A stretch of 64,000 bases of DNA. Origin: Clostridia bacterium. Its GTDB lineage: Bacteria > Bacillota > Clostridia > Oscillospirales > RGIG8002. A program made the translations under genes and the position numbers. This document shows, piece by piece, positions 9,323 to 18,532 of this stretch. The notes under the pieces were generated by a model, which was not told the origin of the DNA, made no database searches, and was given only the letters and a program-made list of their open reading frames with translations. The DNA lies in assembly GCA_017616855.1 (NCBI GenBank), contig JAFZXI010000019.1, positions 2,163 to 66,162 on the forward strand. The letters are read 5' to 3'. Within the stretch, counting starts at the first letter, position 1; every line of letters begins with the position of its first letter.

Positions 9323-12300
9323 TCAAAGCTCGTCTTCGCTCACGAGCTTCGCCGCGACGCGGAGGATCTTCAGCGCGTCGGCTACGGTTATTTCACCGTC
9401 GCCGTCGACGTCGCCGACCGCAAGCGCTTCGGGAGTTTCTTCCGCGAGCTTCGCGGCGATGCGAAGCGCCTTCAGCGCGTCGGCAACAGTAATCTCTCCG
9501 TCGCCGTCCATGTCGCCGCGCTTGACCTGAGGCGTTGTGTCGACGACAGTGAAGTGTACGGTCACTTCCTTCGAGCCGTTGACGACGGTCAGCGTGTATT
9601 CGCCGACTTCGGTGATCGCCGTGCCGGCGAGGTACTCTTCGCCGTTCAGCGTACCGGTCGCGCCTTCGGGAGTCCAGGTCACCGCTATCGGGTCTGCGGC
9701 AGTGTAGAGGTCGAACTGCGCGCCGTCCTCGATGCTGAGGGTCGGAACCGGAGTATCGTCAACGATTGTGAAGTTGATCGTTACACTCTTGGTGCCGTTG
9801 GTGACGACGAGGACGTATTCGCCGGGCTCTTCGATATGCGTATGCGTGTACTCTTCGCCGTTCAGCGTGGCAGTCGCCTCTTCGGGTGTCCAGGTGATGA
9901 CCAGCGGTCCCTCGCCGAAGTCGGAGAGCTTGAACTCCGCTCCGTCCTCAATGCTGACGACGGGTTCTTCGTCCTCTTTGGCGATTACGGTGAAGGTGAC
10001 GGAAGTGGACTTATCGCCCGCGGTTACGACCAGCGTATGCTCGCCGGGCTCGGTAACTTCCGTACCGTACTCGCAGGGCTCGCCGTCGAGCGTCGCTTTT
10101 TCACCGTCCTGCAGCCAGGTCATAACAGGCGCGTCAACGTTTGCAAGGTCGAATTCCGCGCCGTCCGCGATGTTGACGACGGGGGCTTCATAGTAGCCGG
10201 CTTCGTATTCCTCGATGTCGGTGCCGTCGGCGTTGATGATGAACCAGTTGTATTCCGTGGGTGTGATGAAATCGTAGCGGCGTACGCGGACGTTGCCGTC
10301 GCCGTCGACTTCGACCATAAGGCCGTTGGCGATCTCGTCGGAGAGGGAGCCGACGTTGACGAAGGTCACGCCGTCGTGATGGATGATAAGATCGTTCGCG
10401 ACGCCGTCGCCCGCGTCAGAACCGCCGGAGAAGACGATGACGTTGTACTTCTTCAGCACGTCGCAGATACGGCTCGCGCCGCGGCTGCCTATCGTGTGGG
10501 AGACGGGGTGCGAGGTAACGACGAGAATCGGCATATCGCTTTCGATGGCCGCGAGCTCGGAATCGAGCCACTCGAGCGTTTCGTCGGAGTAGGTGGCGAA
10601 ACTGTCGACGAATCCGTCGTTCGTGACGCCGATTATGTCGATGCCGTTGACTTTGATATGCCTGTTGCCCTTGTTCTTCTGCGCGGCGTCTTCAAGGTCG
10701 CCGGCGCAGTACTCGCTGAGACGTGAAGCGTAAGTCGCCGGGGCGGTCGCGCTTATCGCGAGGTCGCCTTCGCCGACGGTGAACATGACGTTTTTGTTCG
10801 CCATGTAGTCGGAGGTGATCGCCTTGAAAGCGTCGAGATCGTCAAGCGATTCGGCGATGAGGTTGCCGGCAATCATTATGCCGTCGATGGATTTGCTCGA
10901 AGAAGCTCTCTTTATCTTCTCAAGCGCCGGAACGTATCTGCCGTCCTTGCGGTAGGTGACGTAGCCGTATTCGTTGACGGCGTCGGTCACTGCCTGGCGC
11001 AGGAGCTTCCAGTTCGCTTCGCTGATGTCGCTCGGGCGATAGGAGTTGGCGTTGGGCAGACTGCCGGTTATTGTGGAGAAGAAGCAGTAGCCGGCGAGAT
11101 ACTGTCCCATGCTGTTGGCGTGGTAGCCGTCGGAGTTCAGATTGTCGCCGATCGCGGTGGCGCGGGCGTTCTGGAACGCCTTGCCGGACGGAACTATGTA
11201 TCTGATGCCTTCAACGTTGCATGCGTACTTGGAAGCGGATTCGATGCACTCCCACATGTAATCCTGGTTGTTGTTGTACTTCGGGAAGTCGCTGTGGGTC
11301 GAGGTCTTCTGATACGCCCAGGTCTGATGCCAGATGATCTCGGCGTCCGGGCAGTGAGACTTGATATACTCGATAACGCCGTGCATGTAGGGCTGATAGG
11401 AGTTGTAATCGCCGGAGTAACCGCTGACCTGCTGGATGCTGATGTAGTCCCAATCCTGATCAGCGAGCGCCTGCGCGGCGGTGTAATCGCTTATATTGCT
11501 GCCCCAGGAACGCTGATAACTATACTCGGTCTTGTTGTTCATCATATAGTCGTAGTGCATCTGGAGACTGCAGCCGCCGTGCTGGAGGTTGGCGCAGATG
11601 AGATCGACGCCGGCGGCCTGAGCGATCTGGTTGATATAGGTGTATGCATTGACCGAGAAGCTGTTGCCTATCATCAGAAGCTTGATAGTGCCTTCGCTCT
11701 TGGCGACCTGCGGATCCGCAACGGCGCCGAAGGTGGCGACGATGTTCTCCGGATCGAAGTTGCCGTTATCGGCGAGGGCGTCGTAAATCTCGGTGAGCCA
11801 CGCTACCATATCGTCGATGTCTTCCTGCGACGCTCTGATATCGTCGCGGAGTTCTTCGGCGTCGGCGATATCGTCCGCAAAGAGTCTTTCGACGTCGAGA
11901 CGCTTGATGTTCTCAATCAGTTCGATGAGTTCGTCGCGCGGCAGGATGTCGTGCTTGGAATAGAACTGAACGTCGGAGAAATAGAGTTCTTTGTTGAGGT
12001 TCGCTATACCCGTTCCCGTTACAGAGATTGTGAACAGTCTGTACTGCTCGTAATCGTCATCATCAAGGTCGCTGAAAGCGCCTCCGTTCGAGTTGAGCAT
12101 ATCGCTGAAGCGGAAATACACGTAGTCGGCGTCCGCTTCGACGTTGCCCGGGTTGTAAGTCGCCGTATAGGCGGCGCCGGAACCGGAGCCGTCGCTGTAA
12201 AGCGTGAACTTGATGCGGGTGTCGGGGTTGACGGAAGGAGTGAGACCGTAGTTGTCGGTCACGGCTATGCGTATGCCGTCATAAGAGCCGAAATCGGTGC

Positions 12301-15300
12301 CGAAGCCCTCGAAGGGGTCGCCGATATGCGGAGCGGTATTCACCGCCGTGCCGGCTTTGCAGTTGGAAACGATAAAGGCGTTGCTGTCAAGGGGCAGCGC
12401 TCTGACCGACTGGAACGCGTCTCCGATCAGGCAGTTGCGCGAAAGCGCGACGCTGCTCTGTCCGGCGTAAGAGTTATGCTTGGTAACGTCGGATTCGGTC
12501 CATTCCTGGAAGAAGGGGAGGGAAACGGCGTCGAAGTAATGAGCGCCGTCACCTTCGTAATTCGCGGAGTCGATAACGCGTTCGAGCAGATCGCAGGTCG
12601 CGGCAATCGTTTCTTCGGAAGCGAATTCGTCGTTGATGACTGCGTTCGCTTCCTTTACGGCGTTGTAGTATCTGCCGGTATCATCGAGCGAGGCGGCTTC
12701 GTTGAGAAGTCGGAACAGTTCGATTTTGTTTTCATCTACGAGCACCTGAGTGTAAGCATGGACGTCGGAAATCGTTACGGTCGCGCCGTTGGTGACGTTA
12801 TAAGCTTCGGCGATGAAAACGATTACGTTGTCAAGCTCGCTCTTGGCGAACGCGGCGCTGGTCCACCACGCCTTTTCAAAGTAATTGAAGGGGACGTTGA
12901 TATAGCCGTCAGCGTCAACGTATTCCGGCTTGATATTGAGCGCGTAGATCTCCTTATTCATCGACATACAGTTGGAAAGGCCGATAAGGATACGCTCCGC
13001 GGTGCCGCCGGTTACGTCGAGCTTGAAGCGGATACCGCTGTAACTCTTTATTGTAGTGAAATTCAGGGCAGGGTAGCCGTCGTTGGCTCTGCCGCCCGGG
13101 TTGCCGCCGCTTCTGTCCATGTTTTTCCAACCCATGGACTTGTTAGCGAAGTCGGTCTGCGCCGTCATTGAGAAGGCGCCGTCTCCGGCGGAGAAGACGG
13201 TGTTGTTTGTGAAGTCGCCGGCGTTCCACTGATCCTGAGAATTGCGGCCGTCGCCGATGGAGTCGCAAAGCTTTTCGGAGTTCAGGGTAACGACTTCGTT
13301 GACCTGCTCGGTCGTCCAGCCGGCGAACCAGCTCTCGTCGGAATCAACTCTGCGGACGAATTCGAGCGCGTTCGCGGCTGCGCTGACCGCTGCGTAGGCG
13401 GCTTCTTCATCGACGTTTTCCGGATCCGCCCAGACGTCGTTTACCGCGCGGGCGAAAGCGGCGTACGATGCGGGAGTATAGTTATACTTCCAGGTGTTGT
13501 AGAATCTTGCCATAACGGGAGAAAGGTCGTCGCCGAAGATTTCGCCGGCAAGAATGCCGCGGACGGTGTTGACCGCTTCGGCGACCTCGGCGTAGGTTGC
13601 GCTGTAGTTGGAAAGCACCTGGTCGGCGAGGACAAGCGCTTCAAAGTTCGGATCGGACTGGGTGTACATGCCCATATTGTCGGCGATCGTAATTATGGCG
13701 TCGAGCTCTTCTCTCGCTTCTTCTTCGGTCGCCTCGAGCTCGGATATGATATCATAAAGCGCGAACATGTAGTTCTCGATTACGTCCGGCTCGGAAGCGG
13801 CGTTGTAAGCGACCGCTTCCGCGGCGCTGATGACGTCGTAGTTTACGCCGTAAGCGTCAAGCGCGTTCGCCTGAGCGACGATTTCCTTGAGGTTGTCCGG
13901 CGTCGGTTCCGGCGGCGTTGTGAAGAATTGGATATCGGAGATGTAGATCGCTCCTCCGTTGTAGTTGGGGGAGTTGATGCCGCCGGTGCCAAGATGGAAG
14001 TAAAGGTTGGAGTAGTTCCACTTGGCGTAATTGTTGTTGCCGAAATACTTCTCGTATGCGTTGCCGCCCCATCCGCTGATAAGGTCTTTGAAATAGAAGT
14101 AGTAGTAACCGTCGTGATAGACCGCGGAATCGGTAAGAGCGGGATCATCGGCGCAGCGATAGTATTCCTTGGCGGTCAGATAGGGGAGAGCGCCGTTCGT
14201 CCAGGACTTGGCGATGCCGCCGACAAGACGGAGCTGGACGGTCTGGTTGCTGCTGTTGTCCCATGTTTTCAAAGACGGTTCGTCGCCGTTCTCGTTTTCT
14301 ACGGCGATCCTTATGCCGTCGAACTTGGCGATATCCTTCAGCAGTGTGTATTCGCCGAACACGTTACCTATCTGGCTCGCGTTCTCTTTGTTGGCGTAAT
14401 CGCCGATGGTCGAGAAGCAGACGGTCCAGGCGTTCGGAGTGGGGGACGCGCTCATGATGAGCTTCAGCGACTTGGTCGCCTTGCCTCTGAGGTGGGTATC
14501 GGAGAACTCGGCGTGAGTTCCGGTGTAGCCGTTGCCCTTCAGTTCGGCCTGCTCGTTGTAAAGCGCGAGCATATCGTCGGTCCAATCCTGGAAACCGGGC
14601 AGCTGCGTAAAGGTATAACCTCTGCCGAAAGGCGGAACGTTTGCGAGCAGCTCGTCATAGATGGGCTGAAGTATCGCGACCTGCGCGTCGACGTCCGCCT
14701 GGGTGGCGAGGACGGAGTTGATAACTTCGCGGGCAGCGTTAAGTTCGTCTGTGTAGTTGTTGCGGGTGTCGAGTTTGGCGATGTTCGTAATCAGATCGAT
14801 CAACGTCGATTTGTCGATGTTGAGATAGGCGTTGAGCGTTTCGGTCTGTTCATCGATTTGCGCCTGTGTGGAAGAGGTGTCCCTGTAGACGTTGACAGCT
14901 TCGTCTATGAGTACTTGAGGGACTCCGGCTTCTTTCGACTCGCGGATCGCCTTGTGCAGCGCGACGGTGTCCGCCTGGCCTACAAGGTAGACGTCCTCAA
15001 ACCAGAAATTGACGGTGGTATTGATTTTTTTGAAGACTATCGCCATGTTGAGCGTGTTGAGGCGTCCGTCAAACGCCTTGTCAATAGTGTCAATGCCGCT
15101 TTCATCGTAGTTGTTGAGTTTGATCTTAGAGAAATCGTAAATCAAGTAACCGTTGGACTTCGTCGGACCCTGCAGCGAAACGACGGCTCTCTCCGTGCTG
15201 CTGTTGAACATCAGATTGATGCCCGAAAAAGCGCTCGTGAAATTAGCGTCGCCGGCGATTTTTATCGCTATCTTGGTCTTGTTCGACAGTTCGGCGTCGC

Positions 15301-15655
15301 CGAAAATATCGATGCCGTCGATGAGCGAGTCCTTAACGTAAGGAGTGGCGCTCGTGCCGGTGGAAAGGTAACCTGAGCAGGAGTTCCACTGGGTATCGAG
15401 CTCCGAGGGAGTCGTCAGGGTGATGACGGTCCGTCCCTGGTCGTCTTTGGAGAAGGAATAGTTTGAAGAGTTGCTGCTTGCGCCGCCTCCCCAGGTGTTC
15501 CTTGTTCCCATTCTCTGCGCCTGCTCAAGCGTGTACTGGTTGATGAAGTCGATGTGCATCTGAACTTCCGCAGCGGCGGCGTCAAAAACAACGACTCCGC
15601 TGAACAGCGCCAGCACCATTGCCAAAGCAAGCAATGAACTTAAAAGTTTTTTCAT
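9323..15655 (-). CDS. Secreted multidomain dockerin protein (2110 aa): 4 unassigned beta-rich modules with FIVAR-like helical spacers + SGNH/DUF4886-like esterase + degenerate metallophosphatase-like domain + 3 Ig-like repeats + dockerin
   Basis: Signal peptide MKKLLSSLLALAMVLALFSGVVVFDAAAA. SGNH blocks LLMIGNSFS and DGYHAN lie within aa ~1305-1567. Three ~72-aa repeats (..DGAEF.L....P...TW.P..AT..LNGEEY..G..I.E.GEY.L.V.NG.K..TV.FT) follow. C-terminal duplicated Ca-loop/helix: GDMDGDGEITVADALKALRIAAKL...GDVDGDGEITVADALKILRVAAKL. Confidence 0.8.
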   Translation of the reverse strand: MKKLLSSLLALAMVLALFSGVVVFDAAAAEVQMHIDFINQYTLEQAQRMGTRNTWGGGASSNSSNYSFSKDDQGRTVITLTTPSELDTQWNSCSGYLSTGTSATPYVKDSLIDGIDIFGDAELSNKTKIAIKIAGDANFTSAFSGINLMFNSSTERAVVSLQGPTKSNGYLIYDFSKIKLNNYDESGIDTIDKAFDGRLNTLNMAIVFKKINTTVNFWFEDVYLVGQADTVALHKAIRESKEAGVPQVLIDEAVNVYRDTSSTQAQIDEQTETLNAYLNIDKSTLIDLITNIAKLDTRNNYTDELNAAREVINSVLATQADVDAQVAILQPIYDELLANVPPFGRGYTFTQLPGFQDWTDDMLALYNEQAELKGNGYTGTHAEFSDTHLRGKATKSLKLIMSASPTPNAWTVCFSTIGDYANKENASQIGNVFGEYTLLKDIAKFDGIRIAVENENGDEPSLKTWDNSSNQTVQLRLVGGIAKSWTNGALPYLTAKEYYRCADDPALTDSAVYHDGYYYFYFKDLISGWGGNAYEKYFGNNNYAKWNYSNLYFHLGTGGINSPNYNGGAIYISDIQFFTTPPEPTPDNLKEIVAQANALDAYGVNYDVISAAEAVAYNAASEPDVIENYMFALYDIISELEATEEEAREELDAIITIADNMGMYTQSDPNFEALVLADQVLSNYSATYAEVAEAVNTVRGILAGEIFGDDLSPVMARFYNTWKYNYTPASYAAFARAVNDVWADPENVDEEAAYAAVSAAANALEFVRRVDSDESWFAGWTTEQVNEVVTLNSEKLCDSIGDGRNSQDQWNAGDFTNNTVFSAGDGAFSMTAQTDFANKSMGWKNMDRSGGNPGGRANDGYPALNFTTIKSYSGIRFKLDVTGGTAERILIGLSNCMSMNKEIYALNIKPEYVDADGYINVPFNYFEKAWWTSAAFAKSELDNVIVFIAEAYNVTNGATVTISDVHAYTQVLVDENKIELFRLLNEAASLDDTGRYYNAVKEANAVINDEFASEETIAATCDLLERVIDSANYEGDGAHYFDAVSLPFFQEWTESDVTKHNSYAGQSSVALSRNCLIGDAFQSVRALPLDSNAFIVSNCKAGTAVNTAPHIGDPFEGFGTDFGSYDGIRIAVTDNYGLTPSVNPDTRIKFTLYSDGSGSGAAYTATYNPGNVEADADYVYFRFSDMLNSNGGAFSDLDDDDYEQYRLFTISVTGTGIANLNKELYFSDVQFYSKHDILPRDELIELIENIKRLDVERLFADDIADAEELRDDIRASQEDIDDMVAWLTEIYDALADNGNFDPENIVATFGAVADPQVAKSEGTIKLLMIGNSFSVNAYTYINQIAQAAGVDLICANLQHGGCSLQMHYDYMMNNKTEYSYQRSWGSNISDYTAAQALADQDWDYISIQQVSGYSGDYNSYQPYMHGVIEYIKSHCPDAEIIWHQTWAYQKTSTHSDFPKYNNNQDYMWECIESASKYACNVEGIRYIVPSGKAFQNARATAIGDNLNSDGYHANSMGQYLAGYCFFSTITGSLPNANSYRPSDISEANWKLLRQAVTDAVNEYGYVTYRKDGRYVPALEKIKRASSSKSIDGIMIAGNLIAESLDDLDAFKAITSDYMANKNVMFTVGEGDLAISATAPATYASRLSEYCAGDLEDAAQKNKGNRHIKVNGIDIIGVTNDGFVDSFATYSDETLEWLDSELAAIESDMPILVVTSHPVSHTIGSRGASRICDVLKKYNVIVFSGGSDAGDGVANDLIIHHDGVTFVNVGSLSDEIANGLMVEVDGDGNVRVRRYDFITPTEYNWFIINADGTDIEEYEAGYYEAPVVNIADGAEFDLANVDAPVMTWLQDGEKATLDGEPCEYGTEVTEPGEHTLVVTAGDKSTSVTFTVIAKEDEEPVVSIEDGAEFKLSDFGEGPLVITWTPEEATATLNGEEYTHTHIEEPGEYVLVVTNGTKSVTINFTIVDDTPVPTLSIEDGAQFDLYTAADPIAVTWTPEGATGTLNGEEYLAGTAITEVGEYTLTVVNGSKEVTVHFTVVDTTPQVKRGDMDGDGEITVADALKALRIAAKLAEETPEALAVGDVDGDGEITVADALKILRVAAKLVSEDEL

Positions 15656-15815
15656 ACGTTCTCCTCCTTATGGGTATATTACTGATAATATAATACAATA
15701 ACCTATAATAACGATTCTTGTCGGATGGTGATATAATTACGGCTGAGTGATTTTTTGGGCCGGTTTTTATAGCAAATGGTTGCCGGGCGAAGAAATAGGG
15801 GACCGGCGTAGTACA

Positions 15816-15848
15816 GCAAAAAAGCGCGTCCCGAAAAGGGACGCGCTT
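15816..15848 (-). terminator. Rho-independent terminator downstream of the 789-aa gene
   Basis: Hairpin AAGCGCGTCCC-GAAAA-GGGACGCGCTT preceded on the plus strand by an A6 run (a U-tract on the minus strand), 33 nt past the stop at 15881. Confidence 0.8.
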
Positions 15849-15880
15849 GCGTTATATGGCGTTTTTTCTGCGCTGCGGCG

Positions 15881-18250
15881 TTACGCTGCGGTATAGTTGC
15901 GGATGAGGGTGGATGCGTCCGCGAGTTTCGCGGCGACGCGGAGGATCTTCAGAGCGTCGGCAACGGTGATTTCTCCGTCGCCGTCGACGTCGCCGATCGC
16001 GAGGTCTTCCTGTGTGGGCTCGAGGAGGTGAGCCGCGATACGCAGCGTTTTAAGCGCGTCGGCAACGGTAATCTCTCCGTCGCCGTCCATATCGCCGGGT
16101 TTGACGGCGGGCGTCGTGTCGATGACGGTGAAGTTGACCGTCACGCTTTTGCTGCCGTTGGTAACTACAAGCGTGTAAACGCCGACTTCGGTGATCGCAG
16201 TACCCGCGGCGTAATCGTTTCCGTTAAGTGCGGCGGTCGCTTCCTCGGGAGTCCAGGTAGCGGCAATCGGCTCGGTTGCGCCGTAGAGGTCGAACTCCGC
16301 GCCGTCTGCGATGCTGACGACCGGTTCGGGGGTGTTGTCGATAATAGTGAAGGTGACGGTGGTCGGGTTGCTGCCGGCACCGACAACGAGGGTGTGTTCG
16401 CCGGGCGCCGTGACTGCCGCGCCGTATTCGCAGGGTTCTCCGTCAAGCGTGGCCTTTTCGCCGTCCTGCAGCCAGGTCATGACGGGCGCTTCGCCGGCGG
16501 CGTCGAATTCGGCCCCGTCTTCGACGTAGACGACGGGCGCTTCATAGTATCCCTCTTCATACGCGCCGAGGCCCGAGCCGTCAGCGTTAATATACAGCGG
16601 GTCATATTCGGTTTTATTTGTGAAATCAAAGCGGCGGATTCTGACGTTGCCGGACCTGTCGACCTCGACCATCAGTCCGGTGGAGTTCTCATCGGAAAGC
16701 GAACCGACGTTGACCGCGGTGAAACCGTCATGGTGCATTATAAGACTGCTTGAGACGCCTTCGTGAGTGCCGCCGGAGAAGACGATTACGTTATTATACT
16801 TTTTCAGGACGTCGCAGATGCGGCTTGCGCCGCGGCTTCCGGCGGTGTGCGTGACGGGGAAGGAAGTAACGACGATTATAGGCATATCCGTTTCGAGCGC
16901 GGCGAGTTCGGTGTCGAGCCATTCGAGCGACGCGTCGGCATAAGTGGCGAATCCGTCGGTGAGCTTATCGTAAGCAACGCCGAAGATATCGATGCCGTTT
17001 ACACGGATGTGACGGTTTCCTTTTCGCTTCTGGCCGGACGTTTCGAGATCGTTTGCGAAATACTCCTTCAACAGAGTTGTAAAGAGCAGGGCCGCGTTCG
17101 AGCTGATGGCGCGGTCGCCTTCGCTGATGGTGTTCATGACGTTGGTGTTGCCTATATAGTCGGCGTAAATCGCTTTGAATGAGGTAACGTCATCGTTGGT
17201 TTTGTTCGCGAGGTTGCCGGCGACCATAATTCCGTCAAGAGTGCCGGTTCCGGAAGCGTTTTTGAGCTGTTCAAGGGCGGGGATGAATTTGGCGTCGTCG
17301 CTGTAATTGACGTAGCCGTATTCGTTGACGGCGTCGGTAACGGCCTGACGGAGCAGTCTCCAGTTCGCTTCGCTTATGCTGGTTGGACGGTAGGAGCTTG
17401 AACTGGGCAGACTTCCGGTGACGGTTGAGAAGAAGCAGTAACCCGCAAGGTAGCAGCCCATATCGTTGGCGTGGTAGCCGTCGGTGTTCAGGTTGTCGCC
17501 GATAGCGGTAGCGCGGGCGTTCTGGAACGCCTTGCCGGACGGGACGATGTATCTGATGCCTTCCTCGGCGGCCTTCGCCTTCGAGGTGGACTCGATGCAC
17601 TGCCACATATAATCCTGGTCGTTATTGAAATAGGGGAAGTCGCTGTGATCCGAGGTCTTCTGATACGCCCAGGTCTGATGCCAGATAATCTCGGCGTTCG
17701 GGCAGCGCTGTTTGATATACTCGATCACGTTGTGCATATACGGCTGATAAGTTTCGGGTCTGCCCGCCTTGCCGCTGACCTGCTGGATGCTGATATAGTC
17801 CCAGTCCTGGTCTTTGAGCGCCTGGGAGGCGGTGTAGTTGCTCGTGTCGGTGTCCCAGGAGCGCTGGAAGCCGTAAACGGCCTGGTCCTGCGTCATAAAG
17901 GTGTAATGCTGCTGCAAGCTGCATCCGCCGTAGTTGAGGTTGCCGACGATGAGGTTGACGCCCGCCGCCTGCGCTATCTGGTTGATGAACGTGTAGGCGT
18001 TCCAGGAAAAACTGTTGCCTATCATCAGGAGTCTTACGGCGCCGTCGTTTTTGGAAACTTTTGTATCGGCGACCGCTCCGAAAGTGGCGACTACGTCGGA
18101 AGAATCAAAGCTTCCGTCCAACGGCGCGGAACTGATCGAGGCGATCTCCTGATTCGACTTTGTATCCGCAGACGCGTTAAAGAATACGACGCCCGCGAAA
18201 ACGGTGAGGATCATCGAGATAACGATGATTGCGCTCATGGTTTTTTTCAT
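15881..18250 (-). CDS. Secreted dockerin protein (789 aa): SGNH/DUF4886-like esterase + degenerate metallophosphatase-like domain + 2 Ig-like repeats + dockerin; paralog of the C-terminal ~800 aa of the 2110-aa neighbour
   Basis: Signal peptide MKKTMSAIIVISMILTVFAGVVFFNASA. Long identical runs with the 9323-15655 product include DWDYISIQQVSG, GIRYIVPSGKAFQNARATAIGDNLN and LLRQAVTDAVNEYGYV. Dockerin: GDMDGDGEITVADALKTLRIAAHL...GDVDGDGEITVADALKILRVAAKL. Confidence 0.8.
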   Translation of the reverse strand: MKKTMSAIIVISMILTVFAGVVFFNASADTKSNQEIASISSAPLDGSFDSSDVVATFGAVADTKVSKNDGAVRLLMIGNSFSWNAYTFINQIAQAAGVNLIVGNLNYGGCSLQQHYTFMTQDQAVYGFQRSWDTDTSNYTASQALKDQDWDYISIQQVSGKAGRPETYQPYMHNVIEYIKQRCPNAEIIWHQTWAYQKTSDHSDFPYFNNDQDYMWQCIESTSKAKAAEEGIRYIVPSGKAFQNARATAIGDNLNTDGYHANDMGCYLAGYCFFSTVTGSLPSSSSYRPTSISEANWRLLRQAVTDAVNEYGYVNYSDDAKFIPALEQLKNASGTGTLDGIMVAGNLANKTNDDVTSFKAIYADYIGNTNVMNTISEGDRAISSNAALLFTTLLKEYFANDLETSGQKRKGNRHIRVNGIDIFGVAYDKLTDGFATYADASLEWLDTELAALETDMPIIVVTSFPVTHTAGSRGASRICDVLKKYNNVIVFSGGTHEGVSSSLIMHHDGFTAVNVGSLSDENSTGLMVEVDRSGNVRIRRFDFTNKTEYDPLYINADGSGLGAYEEGYYEAPVVYVEDGAEFDAAGEAPVMTWLQDGEKATLDGEPCEYGAAVTAPGEHTLVVGAGSNPTTVTFTIIDNTPEPVVSIADGAEFDLYGATEPIAATWTPEEATAALNGNDYAAGTAITEVGVYTLVVTNGSKSVTVNFTVIDTTPAVKPGDMDGDGEITVADALKTLRIAAHLLEPTQEDLAIGDVDGDGEITVADALKILRVAAKLADASTLIRNYTAA

Positions 18251-18475
18251 ATTATCTCCTCCTTGAAATTAAGCAGATAAACAGACATTTTAACCTATAT
18301 ATCCATATAAATAGTAAACCTTTATTGACGAATATTCTTGTCGGTTATTGACAAAATTATTGATTTGTGATTATTTCGGCTGTTTTTTCGAAAAAAGTCA
18401 GTCGAAAAAGCGACGCGCGATAAAGCGCGCGGACAGATTGCGGGGAACCTCTTTCACAAGCGGAAAACCCCGTCT

Positions 18476-18511
18476 GAAAAGAAAAAACGCCGTCAAAAAC
18501 AGACGGCGTTT
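18476..18511 (-). terminator. Rho-independent terminator downstream of mtnA
   Basis: Hairpin AACGCCGTC-(7 nt)-GACGGCGTT with an A-rich run on the plus-strand 5' side (a U-tract on the minus strand), 22 nt past the mtnA stop. Confidence 0.75.
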
Positions 18512-18532
18512 CAGAATCACGAGTTTTGATTA

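Noticed and set aside
9293-15376. Plus-strand ORFs of 477, 683 and 482 aa (9293-10726, 11120-13171, 13928-15376) inside the 2110-aa gene
   Set aside because: Same antisense mirror effect. The sequences are degenerate (V/G/D/A/R-rich) and lack start context, while the minus strand has a signal peptide, domain repeats and a dockerin.
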